A program made the position numbers and the translations under genes. DNA of 64,000 nt from Octopus bimaculoides (taxonomy: Eukaryota). A model generated the notes under the pieces. The model saw nothing but the letters and a program-made list of their open reading frames with translations. It was not told the DNA's origin and did no database searches. Numbering within the stretch: position 1 is the stretch's first letter; every line of letters starts with the position of its first letter. Positions 27,327-40,748 of the stretch are shown in pieces. Location: the NCBI RefSeq assembly GCF_001194135.2, contig NC_068999.1, forward strand, positions 24,092,893-24,156,892. Direction: 5' to 3'.

Positions 27327-29170
27327 GTAAGCAGAAAAATAGGAATTTTCTTCTTCAGTAGCTCATGGATTTCAAAATAGGCTGTGACTGCTTCAAAGAA
27401 TAGCAGTTTGATTTTTAATATCCACCACAGCAAGGAATTTCTTTTTTTTTTTTAATGCTTATCTAAGAAAAACACACACACACACACACGCACACACAAG
27501 TTGTAAGTAAAGCTGGTTATGCAAACATTTTGATTTAGACAATAAAAGAAATTTTTTGTTCACTTCCATTTAAAAGAGAAACCTGGAACTTTTTTGATTT
27601 TTTAAATACCTTTTCCAAATTTTTATCATAACAAAAATTCAAAACAACCCTATCATCTATTTTCTGTATGCTCACTTTTAATCTCTTATGTCTTACCTAA
27701 GATGTTAGTGGCCATGAAAGATAATAAATGAAACTTTGAGGATTTTTGTAGTTTCATTGTTTTTTAACAAAACCCTGTGCAACTTATTTTTCTTCTAAAG
27801 TGGAGGGGGGACCTTTAAGAGCATCTGGAGAAAGTATTGCAGCACTTGCAGCAATCTATTTAAATTGTAATATACAGTACACTTTAATGCCTCCAGTTTA
27901 TGAAAACATATTTGGTTAATGTTTTATTCTTTTTGTCTAGGAGTTGTGTGTGTGTAGAAGCTTGAATACACACATACATACAGATTTGGCAGGTTCTTTG
28001 TCAAGAATGAAATAGGAAATTTGCATCCTGTAGGCATGTTATATCATCTGCCTGTTCTAAATTTTTTTAAGCTGAGTTCCTACAGACTAATTCAATCCAT
28101 GCCAGTATGTTAAAATGCATGGCAAACATTGAGGAGAACTGAAAATGAAATCTAGGAAATTTTCGTTATCCTGAAAAAACTTATACAAAAAAACCAGTGT
28201 TTCTTGAATAAGTAAAAAAGAGAAACAATGAAAGTAGATAAAGTTTTAAAATAACAATATAGTTAACTATATTATTTTCAAATGAAATAATTTTAAAAAA
28301 ATCATGACTGAATATATTTGGAGTTTGTTTCAAACTTATATAGTTGAGTAAAAAAAAAAAAAAAAAAGTAAAACTTTAAAAAAATAACATCTGAAAGATA
28401 AAAGATATGTTCAGAAACACATGATTAGAGGTTCTTGTGACAAACTGAATTCCACCAATCTGGTAAAATAGTCACGGAATTTATGATAGCTAGAATATTA
28501 ATTTTTGATGCCATAGAAAAATATTTTTCATGAGATTGAAACCATCCTATAACTTTGATAATTAAGTTGATATAATTAGACATAATTAGATAGAGACTAC
28601 ATTGTAAATGTCTTCTCTTCTCTAGATTTACTCGTCAAAATTTCCACAATCTTTGTAACATGACCCATTGGGAGAAGAAGAAATTCAATTAAATTCAATT
28701 TTAGCACCATTTTAAGACAGTCTATATCTTACTTGCCAAACATCAGACTAACTCTCCACTGCTTGCTGCCATTTAAATTTTAATCAATTTTCATTTTGGT
28801 ATTGTGTCCCTTGCCTTTCATGACAAATATTGTCATTAATGCTAATGGCTTTTGTCTTCAATGTATGTGTAATTTTAATTGATTCAGAAATGTTTGACTC
28901 ACTCCATTAAATCCGTTAGCCTCTGTGTAACTACACAATTCAATGTTGCCTCTTCTCTAATGTTTTTTAGTTTTTAGTTTTAGTTTTGTTAGAGCATACT
29001 TCAATTTTGTCTGTCTCAAAGCAGACAAGACTCATTCTTACTCTCCATCTAAGCTTAGCACGTGCGTCATACCTACAGGCTCTCCTACATAACAGTTCTC
29101 CAAAGAAGCGATAAGTTAATGAGCTTTGTTTGCAGAACATAAACTTTGAATTAAGGAGCATAAAATTAAA

Positions 29171-29740
29171 TCTTTTATCTTTTACTTGTTTCAGTTATTA
29201 GACTGTGACCATGCTGGGGCACTGCCTTGATGGATTTTAATTGAACAAATTGACCCCAGTACTTACCATTAAGTCTATTGGTCTCTTTTGACAAACCACT
29301 AAGCTGCGGGGACATAAACAAACCAACACTGGTTGTCAAGCATTGACGGATGATAAACACAGATACCCCCCCCCCACACACACACACATGCACACACGCA
29401 TGCATGAACACACACTCAAGCATACATACATACATACATATATACATATATACATAGGCATGACTGTGTGGTAAGAAGCTTGCTTCCCAACCGCATGGTT
29501 CCAGGTTCAGCCTCACTGTGTTGCACCTTGTCTGTGTTTGTCCCCTGCCACCACTTGACAACCAATGTTGGTGTGTTTACATCCCTGTCACTTAGCAGTT
29601 TGGAAAAAGAGACCAATAGAATAAGGATCAGGCTTAAAAAATGATAAGTACTGAGGTTGATTCATTCGACTAAAAATTCTTCAAGGCGGTGCCCCAGCAT
29701 GGTCACAGTCTAATAACTGAAACGAGTAAAAGATAAAAGA
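29171..29740. mobile_element. Inverted pair of SINE family A segments; the plus copy is internally deleted
   Basis: Minus tail 29171-29360; plus copy 29457-29740 joins caccttg directly to tctgtgtttgtcc. Confidence 0.85.
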
Positions 29741-30589
29741 TACACACACACGCACACACACACACTGGGCTTCTTCACAGTTTCTGTCTACCAAATTCAC
29801 TCACTAAGCATTGGCCAGCCCAAGCTATAGTAGAAGATGTTTGCCCTATAGTAGAGGACGTTTGCCCAAGGTTTGAAAGTAAGATTTCTTATCCAATTAG
29901 CCACGTCTGCACCTCTAATGCAGAAGATAAAAAATAACTTTTTAATAAAATAGCACATGACCATTGCAAGAAGTAGACTAGTTTTTTTTGCTTGTTCTGT
30001 ATATTTTTTTTACTTTCATTTTTTTGTGCTTTTACATCCATTTCCATTTTTAATATGCAAAAAAAAAAAAATGTTATGATTTCAAGCACATAAAGTTTGA
30101 AGAGTGTGCATTATGACTAAATACACATCATAATGTTTTAATTTTGGAATAAATATTAAATAGAGTTGATACAAGTTTTAGAGAGATTGATTGAGGCAGT
30201 TAAATGACTTCTACTTAAGAAACCAGAACAATGATATTTAATATTTATAGGTAGTTTTAACTAATATCTTTTCAATTAGTCGCTCATAACCTCAACTGTT
30301 CAATAATTTGAAAATATGAGATAAGTTTGGGAGAAATTNNNNNNNNNNGAACAATGATATTTAATATTTATAGGTAGTTTTAACTAATATCTTTTCAATT
30401 AGTCGCTCATAACCTCAACTGTTCAATAATTTGAAAATATGAGATAAGTTTGGGAGAAATTTGATGAAGCTTTCAATTTCAAGATATGGAAAATATCTTC
30501 AGAAAATAGTAAACCATTCTTAATAGTGAATGAGAATAGTGTTATTCTCTTAATCATCATCACAGTCATTGTCATCAACATCATCATCA

Positions 30590-31480
30590 TATGTCCATTT
30601 TCCATGCTGGCATGGGTTGGACAGTTTGATAGAAAGTGGCAAGGTCAGGGACTGCACCAGGTTCCATAGTCTGTTTTCATTTGGTTTCTATGGCTAGATG
30701 CCCTCCCTAATGCCAACCACATTACAGAGTGCTTTTTACAGGGTGCTTTTTGCATGACACCATCAGTCGTGCTTTTTACGTGGCACAGCACCAATGCTTT
30801 TTATGTGGCACTAGCACCCACACCAGTACTTTTTATGTGGTACCTTGGTTTTAGGGTCTCAATTTTGTTATGGCGGGTGGGTCTTCTTGAGTACAGCAAT
30901 GTGCCACATGTCATCATGTTATATTTACTTTCTATGTTGGCATGAGATAGAGGAGTCAGTTCTTATCCAGGGTTACTCCTCTAAAGAGGTTAAGGATCAT
31001 GTCTTTCTTGAACATTATATTATTGAATTGTTATCTATAGTTGGATGCTTTTCCCATTATCAGTCACTTTACAGACTGTACTGGGATCAGTGCCAGAGAG
31101 TTTGTCATGTCCTCTGTAAGACTAAAAGGTCCTCTTCAACCCAATTGATCTGCTAATTTTCCAGTCACTTCACAGAATGTGCTGGATACACTTCATTATG
31201 ACATAAGCACTAGCATGTTTACCTTGTATACTTTAAACCTGAAGAATCTTCACAACTCTGTGATGTGATTGTTCATTGAAAGTATAGAGTGAGAAGAGAA
31301 ATGGATGACTGTAGAAGAGACAGCATGGGTGGTTGGAGTGGATAAGAATATGATGGTAAGATAGTGATGGGATGAGAGGGAGACTGATGACAGACGATAC
31401 AAGATGGAGGGAGGGGACAAGACAAAATGTGATGGGAGTGAGAGGAGTAGTAAAGAGGGAAAGTATGCCAATCTTAATTA
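30590..31480 (-). mobile_element. RTE-tailed element, decayed
   Basis: Reverse RTE tail at 30590-30950; G/A-rich body at about 31260-31470. Confidence 0.55.
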
Positions 31481-31504
31481 CAGTGATTGCAAAATATAAT
31501 GGAG

Positions 31505-31543
<39 letters not shown>

Positions 31544-34500
31544 ATGAATGAAAAAGGGATGAGAGGGTATCTAGAGGCAGGATTCACAAGTGATATAGTT
31601 TTAACTGGGTCTATTGGGCTAGATACGCAAATATTGAACCTTTCCAGTGTTCATCATTATCGTCAGTTTTACATTTTTGACATTTGTTGCACAAGAGGGA
31701 TGGTCATCTCCAGTGTTGCATGTTGTCAATTATCACTGTTCTTTGTCATCTCCTCTGTAAGGAGGGGAATCTTGATCACTTTATCTCATGTCTTCCTGGG
31801 TCCCCTTATTCCACAGGTTACATCATATTTCTGAGAATTTAGTAAGATCAAACACTGTTTCTTTACCAAAGGAGCTCACTCAAAAAAAATTATATACTTG
31901 TGTTTTGGCAAAAATGGAACTGGACTTAGTTACCTCTCGAGACAAAAATTACAACAGGCACTTTAGGATATCTTGGGAGAAATTCTCTCATCTAAAAAAG
32001 GAAAAGTTATGGCACTATCTGTTGTACTTTTAAGACTGAAGAGTCAACCAAAACACAGGTTTAACTTGTTAGACACACCTTTGCATATACATTTGTATCC
32101 CAGTACATGCGTCAAAGAAACAGAAGAGTAATGACAAGACACATCAGAACCAACATAGATTCATGACTAGTTATCACTTTTGTATTGCAGTGTGCAGGTG
32201 TTGACACAAGTCCAGTGTGCATCAAATTGGATTTACAAGCCCTGATGATCCTTAGATCCTTAAAAGCCACAAAGCTATGTCAGAACTGTGCTTAGTTGAA
32301 GGCACCAAGAGAAAGGGCATGAAAACGATGATACTTGGTTGAGCATCTACATTATTTCCTAAGAAAGCAAAATAACTTTTGGAAATATAAAGCCCAGATG
32401 TATAGCAGGGATTTGGTCATCATTTCATTTTATGTAGCACTGATGATGAAAGGGAAGCTCCTAATATGATTTTTTTTCTTAAGAGGATATGAGATTTCAC
32501 AGGGAAAATTCTGAAGTCATTAATAACAATTTTAAAAAATTGCTGAATCTTGAAGCTGTTCATCACTGAAGTGGTTACCTCTCAAAAAAAACAGCAAAAC
32601 TTTGTCACAGGAGCGACCTGGTTATGGTACTTTGACTGCGCACCTAGCTGAGATGTATATAAAAATAAAAAATAAAAACTGAAATAAAAATTGAAAAAAG
32701 TGGAATTTTAGGGAGAAAAATGTGCAAAAACATGATGTCAGTAAAATTTTAGTCCTGTAAAGTAGCTCAGTTTTAGGCCATTTTAGGCTATCTACTGATA
32801 AATTTTCACTGAAAATGTTTTTCTTTGGTAGTTTTGTCTTAGATCAAAACTCAACCAAAAACATAATCTGCAGAGGATCTAAAAAGTTCTCTTTCCCTCA
32901 CCAACTTCTAATGTTAATTCCCATTGTTCTATCTTTGAATTACATGATATCACTGAACAAGTGTTTTAAGCCCATTTTTCTTAAAAAGCAGAGACTAGCC
33001 TAGGAAAATCTATGTTAGTCTTCCCATCATAGTTCCTGTTTAGTCACCTCCTACAACAATCAAGGATATGGTGTAACAATTCTGAAATCAGGTTATACAC
33101 AATATTATGTAACAGTAGTGTATTGCTAGATATCTAGCAACATTCTAACATTTATTTTAAAATTTTGTAAAATTCTCATCAGATCTAATTAATTATTAAC
33201 TAAATGTTTGTTCAATATTGATTTTTTTGCACTAAGCACTAGAATTACACCAGAGCCATGAAGGGGAAAAGGTACAGCCGATTGAATTAGTTTCAATACT
33301 TTAGCTCCAGAGGGATGAAAGTGGGTCAAAGTCAATCTTGGTTGTGTTTCAATACAAGAATACGGTACTATAAAACATTTGTTCCAGCACTTCATATTTG
33401 TGTCAAACCCAATTATTTCTTTTTATATTTTTAATGGTTTCAGTCTTTGAACTGCACCACAACTAGAGTAAGGCATTCAAAAATTTTTCTAGTCAATTAT
33501 ATCAACCCCAGTTTTACTTTTCTGGCTCAGCACTGGTTTTTACACCAGTAAACATAAACATAGACATGGACAAGAATATAGACACATTTATACATCATTA
33601 TCATTATTGTACATCCATTTTTTTTCATGTTGGCATGGGTTGGATAGGTCTGTTCCAGTGCAGCATTTCACCACTTGACCACTCCTTCATAAAATTCTAC
33701 AAACTGAAACTGACTTCTACCACTTGTAAAGTTTTCCTTTTCTGTGTGCTTCTTTCACTTGAATCACTTTATCTTTCTTCACCCAACTGCTGTCTGTTCT
33801 TCATACATATCCCATCTCCATACTAGCTATCTTCTCTCTTGCACACTATTCTTGATTCTTGTGATCCTCAATTTCCTTTCATCTGTGCTCATATATAGCA
33901 TGTAAAAGCTCACATATTGAATGCCTTCTTTTGACTGGGAAAACACAGATCAGGGGAGCATGTGGCATAGTGGGACATGTGCTGAAGATGTTAGCTGAGT
34001 GGAATGGAGTAGCAGAAGGACCTGACTAGAAGTGAAAGAGGACATGATCTCAGATGAAGAAGAGGGAGATTTGAGAGATCTCTTTTAGACACAGGGTGTT
34101 GGCTAAAGCAGATATGTGGTTGCAGTCTCTGTTTATTCTAGCTTCTGACCAGTGGTTCAGGTGACAAGGGTCTCTGAGTTGTGTACCAAGTTCAAGCCAA
34201 CAATTCAGGAGTTTCCTTTGAAGTCATTCCCAGAGGCTAAAATGAAGGAATTTTTGCTTTTTTTATTGTGCATTTTATTAATTGTACTAATTACTTTTCG
34301 CTAACACAAACAATCAATAATTTTCTGTGCGTTCTAGTTTCATTTTATATTCTTATCAGTTTAAATGTTGGTTGGATTGTAGATTGGTGTTTGATTGGTA
34401 ACCTCTGGGATACAAGAAGGTGAAATTGTTGAAGTAAAATTTGGAATCCAAGAAACTTGGCAATGATCTACATCAACAAAAAATTAATCTATTGGAGAGT

Positions 34501-36049
34501 TTAAGTTCAGTCACTTTGAAGACTGAAGACTCTAGTCTTTCAAGATTTTATTCTTCAAAGAGTGAGGAGGAGTTACCAGCTTGAAAAGAAAATTAGGCTA
34601 CATTCTTCTCTCTTTTCCTCACTTAGATGAAAGATAAAAGCTTTAAACATTGGATTCTTCATTGCTCATGGAAAACCAATAAAGCTGTCTTCTCCTGAGC
34701 AACCTGTCTGGTACAGATATATTTTTTTACTGTCATTCTCAGGTGTGTTTCTGTTACAACTTTGTACCAAAATGTTCAATTAAACATGACAATATAAGTA
34801 GCAAGAAAGGTTGTGGTTCAAAACAGAAGGAAAATATGTTTCTTCAATGAAATATTCTTTGAATTATTCCAGTTATTATGTATATAGTCTTAAAATAAGA
34901 TTTCTTTGCTTTTAAAAGAGTATTTGTCTGTTTCCAATAGAAAAACATTCTATTTATCATTTTAAATATGGGAAGGGAAAAAAAGAATGGATTCATTTTA
35001 TGATTTCTAATTTCTAGGTTAACAGAACATTTCTTTTCTCTTACTCCTTTTTGGAAGTAATGTATTAGAGTGTTTACAAATCTAAGTAAAGTATATAGAG
35101 AGACACATGTTTTTCTCAAGCTGTTCACCTAATGGTATATATATTTTTCTGTTAAGTTATATTTTGGATTCTTTTATTAGGTTCAATGCCAACAGAACAC
35201 AAGTTTTTATTTATTTATTTATTTATTTGTTATTGTAAATGCAATGTAGGTTGGTATTGCAGCAGTGACTTTCACCCCTCCTGCTAAAACTAGTATATTC
35301 TGCAAGCTCAATGAAAACACTATTTTTTCTTCTCATTTTGCTGCAGTTCCTGAGTAAAAAAAAAAATACATTGAAAAGGATTTCCTTTTATTCCCATTTC
35401 TATTGTTGCAAAAATGTAATAGTATTTCAAAGCAGTGCTTCTGAAGATGTTGATGCTAACTACTCTGTGTTATTTTTGTCTGAATGAAAACAAGTTTTTA
35501 TTTATTTTATTTGTTTATTTATTTATTTGTCTGATCGAATTGATTCTCAGAAGATTTTTACTTGAAACTTAAAGAAGATAATTTATTTCAGAGTTGCTCT
35601 TTCACTTGTTTTAATCATGTAGTGTATTTCATGCACTTCCTTCTAAATTCTGCACAAAACAAGAATTTACTTATTTACTTGAAAAATGTTTTAAATCTTA
35701 TTGGAGTCGCTCTGTCTAGAGATTGAAATAGGTGGAAGAAATTTAAGAAATTAATGTCTTTGTTAGGGTCTCTTTCGGTAATGAAAATTTACTTGTACAA
35801 TCAGTGTATTGATTCATTATTGAAATGTCTCAAATGTTATTGTTTATTGTTTAACCCTGGTTAGCTCTAATTGAGCAGACCCTTGATCAAAAAGCTCCAA
35901 CCATCTTGTCTTTTATTTAGACATAGTTTATATAGTATTACGTTATCAAATGTGTTCTGCTATGTTCAATATGGTAAGGTATGATTTGAGGGAGATTTGG
36001 TTGCTATTTCTAACAGATAGTGTGACCAACTTGGGAATTTCCTGTTGGC

Positions 36050-36430
36050 AGGTGTCTCAAATTTAATGTATGGTGATTCATGGCTCTTGGAAACTAAGAA
36101 CTCACACCATTTATAAAGGAATATTCTGTAATGATTTATTGTGATGATGATGAAATATTGAATTATGCTGTAATAATTGGTGCCATATTTATGGTTGAAG
36201 GCTATTTTTAAGTCTTATCGACTAAATATTTCTGAAATGCTGTAGGAATTAATCTATTGCCAGTGGGGCAATATTATAACCCGGAGTGATACTGGGTGTA
36301 TCATTAATGTCTTTGGTAATATCCTTATTATGTTTGGTAAAGCCAGTTAAATCATATATGAGATCTGTCAGCTAAATTATTGAATTACTCAGGTAATTAG
36401 TGTAATCTAGTGAGGAAGTGCTATGCTGTC
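36050..36430 (-). mobile_element. Highly decayed CR1/L2-group LINE remnant
   Basis: The minus strand reads LIYDLTGFTKHNKDITKDIND..YNIA..FRNI, resembling the pre-RT linker; contains stops. Confidence 0.3.
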
Positions 36431-36784
36431 AATTTTCTAAAGTTGGAGAAACTGAACGAAGGAAGTCAAGTTGACATTAAAGTATTAGAGATTAATAGCT
36501 GATAGAAATATATGTAAATATGAAGAAAACTTACAAGTAACTCTGTTTTAGAAAGAAAGAAAGAAAGAGAGACAGAAAGAAAGAGAGAAAGAAAGATGCA
36601 TATTAATGAGGATAGGCTTGAGACAATGATAGAATGTGAGAAACATGAAGTAACACTCTTTAGTTTTCAAATGGGAGGTGAATGCTATAGATATTACAGT
36701 AAAGTGAACTTAGATATGACATCTTAAATTTATATAAGTGTTGTATCTAAATTTATATTGGGTACCAAATCTTAGAGTTATAGG

Positions 36785-37019
36785 TATACACATGGCTGTG
36801 GGATAAGAACTTTTATTCCAAACCATATGATTTCCAGTTCAGTCCCACTGCACAGCATCGTGTATACATGTGTATACATAGATGTGTATATGTGTATTAT
36901 ATGTGTGTATGTGTATATATGTGTATACATAGATGTCTATATGTGTGTATGCATAGATATATATATAGATGCATATATATAAATGTATATAGATGGATAT
37001 ATATAAATCTATATAGATG

Positions 37020-37052
<33 letters not shown>

Positions 37053-37330
37053 ATGTATTTGTGTGTGTATATGTGTGTATGTATATGTGTGTGTGTGTAT
37101 ATGTATTTGTGTATGTACATGTATGTATATTGTCTCCTTACCTTGACTTTGTATGGTAGTTGTAAACAAGTGCCACTGTCATACAAGCAGTGTCCCTCAT
37201 TTCCAATCTTCCATGAAAACATGTCTGGACATGGGAAAATATTACCTTACTTAGATGGAAACAGGTAAAGTTGATGACATGGAGAGCATTTGACCGTAGA
37301 TAATTTGCTCCTCAGTAAGTTCCATCTGAC
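36785..37330 (+). mobile_element. SINE A head with an alternative RTE-like tail (family A2)
   Basis: The same tail recurs at about 46450-46690 and 48170-48410, ending catggaaaagtggatgttaa..(gat)n. Confidence 0.7.
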
Positions 37331-37355
37331 CCTTGCAAGCATAAAAAAAAAAGAT

Positions 37356-37570
37356 ATTCTTTTCTACTCTAGGTACAAGGCCCGAAATTTTCAGGGAGGG
37401 GTCCAGTCGATTAGATCAACCCCAGTTCACAACTGGTACTTGCTTTATTGACTCCGAAGGGATGAAAGGCAAAGTCGACCTTGGTGGAAATTGAACTCAG
37501 AATGTAAGGACAGATAAAATACTGCTAAGCATTTCGCCTGGCGGGATAGCATTTCTGTCAGCTTGCCACC
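37356..37570 (-). mobile_element. SINE family B
   Basis: Well-preserved reverse copy (gaagggatgaaaggcaaagtcgacc..gaactcagaa). Confidence 0.8.
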
Positions 37571-37689
37571 TGTTAGAAAAATAGATATTAAGATGATGAT
37601 GATGATGATGAAGCTGAGGAGAAGGAGGAGAGTATTTAGAACAGATTGTAATGTCTGTCATTTTGAGGAGTAGTAGGAATTTTTTTTAC

Positions 37690-37873
37690 TGGCTTTATGT
37701 TAAGAAGTTTGCTTCCCAGTCACATGGTTCTGGGTTCAGTCCCACTGCATGGTACCTTGGGCAAGTGTCTTCTACTATATAGTCTCAGGCTGACCAAAGC
37801 CTTGTGAGTGGATTTGGTAGACACAAACTGAAAGAAGCCTGCTGTATGTATATATGTGTGTGTGCATGCACAC

Positions 37874-37913
<40 letters not shown>

Positions 37914-38130
37914 ATGTTTGTGTGTCTTTGTGTCTGTGTTTGTTTTTCACCACTGCTTGACAACCAGTGTTGGTTTGTTTATAACCCCATAACTTAATGC
38001 TTCAGCAAAAAAGACCGCTAGAATAAGTACCAGTCTTAAAAAAAAAATAACGGGTTAATTTGTTTGACTAAGTCTTCAAAGCAGTGCCCCACCATGGCCA
38101 CACTTACTTGACTAAAACAAGTAAAAAGTA
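37690..38130 (+). mobile_element. SINE family A
   Basis: Full copy with internal (TG)n. Confidence 0.85.
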
Positions 38131-38305
38131 AGTCATTTCCAACAAAGTGACAAGCAACCCAGCAATAAAACAGGCCTAAGCAACCAACCACTTAATATAT
38201 TTTGTGTTATACATGGAAAGGAAGTGAAAGAGGAGAAATCAGGGGAAGCTGTCCTACGAACCAGAAAATGGTCAATGCAAGATTTAAAATAATTGACTTC
38301 ATATA

Positions 38306-38540
38306 CAGGGTGGCCCAAAAGTAGGTTTATAGTTATTCAACTATCTCTTTCGCATTCATAAATTAACGGCTTAGATCTTAATTATAAAAAAATATGAAAC
38401 CATTATTCTATGCTAATTGAATTAATTTTGTCAAGCTCCCTTTTCAGTTTGTAAGATAGAAATTTAAATGTAATAAAATACTTTAAAAGAAATTTAAAGT
38501 GCCTATGTGATAACTGTAAACCTACTTTTGGGCCACCCTG
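38306..38540. mobile_element. Tc1/mariner MITE (235 bp)
   Basis: 30-bp TIR cagggtggcccaaaagtaggttta(t/c)agtta, 29/30 identical; TA flanks. Confidence 0.9.
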
Positions 38541-38799
38541 TATATATTGGAATCAAGACACAAGAGGACAGGTCTATAAAACAGATGTTTGAAGAAAGAA
38601 ACTATCAGAATAGAAACACTTCATACAGGATGAGACAACAACAGTGAAAGGATGAAAATTAATCATTCGATTAATAACATTAGGATGTGGTACAAAAGAA
38701 GAAAGTTTAGCAGAACATTGGCCATGGAAATATTTATAGAAAAAGTATTTATAGAGATAAAGATAAATTTCCTAGTGATAATAGAGGGGTTGAAGTTTA

Positions 38800-38995
38800 G
38801 TTGACAGAACAAAAAGTAGTAATGCTAGAAACCTGCTTTTGGATTTGATCAAGAAGAGAAAAAACACAAGCAGTGACATCAACCCATAGTTGACAACAGT
38901 ATTCCATACAAGGAGAAATAAGAGACTTATAAAGATGAAAAATACAGAGGAAAGATAATGAAGAGTTCAGTATAGAGAACTGAGCTCCATAGCAC
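38800..38995 (-). mobile_element. CR1-group LINE RT C-terminal remnant
   Basis: LYKSLISPCMEYCCQLW..FSLLDQIQKQ resembles the LYK..IRP.MEY...W..LDRIQKR motif. Confidence 0.65.
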
Positions 38996-39825
38996 TTGAC
39001 GGACTCTCCTGTCAAAGACAATGTATGAGTGTTCAGCTTTTGCCAAACGATCTGCACAAATGATTTGTTTATAGTGATCAAATGTATGTGTTATACATTA
39101 GCGCATTCTCTCCATCAAATCGATGTTGCTTAAACAGGTGCATGGTGTACCATGTGTCAGGTGTTGAAGTGATTACAGAGCAACATGAGATAAAGAGTTT
39201 TGCTCAAAAACACAATGCACCATCTGGTTTAGGAATTGAAACCACAATCTCATGATCATGAATATAACATCTTAACCACTAGGCCATGCTGATTATATTA
39301 CAGGTGTAATGATATTTTCAAGAAAAGTTAAACCTAAAAGAAAAATACTGTCAAACATAGGAACAAGAATATCATTATAGTTCTTGTAATGTTAACCCTT
39401 TAACTGCGAAATTAAATTTTATGGTTATTCCAATAATGATTTTAAATACCAACCAAAAAATAGAATTGGCATTTTCTCTGCAAGTCACATTACCTCCATA
39501 AACTTGACACATCTTAACAAAAAATAGTTTCAAACATAACATTCATCAACAAAAGATAGAGATTGGTATATAAAACTGCTTTCAATAGTGTAGGGTAATG
39601 AAATTTTGAATGGATATATCTGATTTCCACTGTAAAAGGATTAATGGAAAGTAGTTTAGTTTTTGTGGAGTTGAAAGTAACCAACCTCTGAGTAGTGATA
39701 TGGTTATTGATATGGCTACAAGTGGGAAATGGAACCAAGCAGATATTTTTAAAATAATACCAATGGGGTTCTAAAAATTTTTACCATTAAGCCATGGACA
39801 AGTGTACAAATATATTCCTTTTTAA

Positions 39826-40035
39826 CCCTTTTGAAACAAACCTACCTGAAACTGACTCTGGCTTTCTAGTACAAATGTCTTGTTTTCAAAATTTCTGAAT
39901 TAAAATCTTAGTCACAATTTATGTTCCTAACACTAGCTTAATGATAACTAAGTTATTTTAGTAAATTCTTTGTTATATTTAAAATTAATTGAAAGAAACA
40001 CAGAGCATTTCAACAGGAATATAATAACAAAAGGG
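39826..40035. mobile_element. piggyBac-like MITE
   Basis: TTAA on both sides; cccttttg/caaaaggg termini. Confidence 0.7.
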
Positions 40036-40227
40036 TTAAGGGATATTTTAAATTCATTTTTTAGTTTTCACCATTGGAAGTTCGGTTGAATGAGTTCTTA
40101 GCTGGCACTGTATACATGGCTTCTTATATTTTTTAATGTTTCTACTATCATTATTTTTCTGTAATAGAACCATTATCCTTTAATATCCATTTTCACACTA
40201 TCCATGTTAAGAATGGAACTGCTCTAT

Positions 40228-40717
40228 CTATGGTTCTCAACTAAGGTCCATATGGTCTTTGGGGTGTCCATACAAGATTTTGTTAAAATTTATCTATAAT
40301 ATAAATCCTGTTCTGTCTATGTATGTGTAAAAGATTATAATGGTTGTATTTTTCAACTGATTTTCTCCAAACTGGGAATGCACATTGCTTATGTTCCAGG
40401 GATGGTTTTATTTTTCACATATAAGTAATGGACCCCCTGGGGGCAGAAAACACCCATTCCTGGGTTACGTGGAGGAAGGAGGTAACTCTTTGCAAAGTAG
40501 CTTTCAAAAATTGATTGTCCCCCTTACATCCATTGGTCATTAAAAAAATATTGCTTTTTATGTTAGATTCACATCTTTGAAAGTTTTTTTGCAATATTTA
40601 CTTCCAGTTTTCTAGCGTCAGTGACATCTATGTCTTTCTATCTATATCTCTCTTTCCAGCGCTCTCTATCTATCTCTATATCTCTATATCTATCTTATTT
40701 GTCTAACTAGCTCTCTC

Positions 40718-40748
<31 letters not shown>

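Noticed and set aside
30226-30461. Exact 113-bp direct duplication
   Set aside because: The two copies flank a 10-N gap (30339-30348); a typical unmerged contig overlap.
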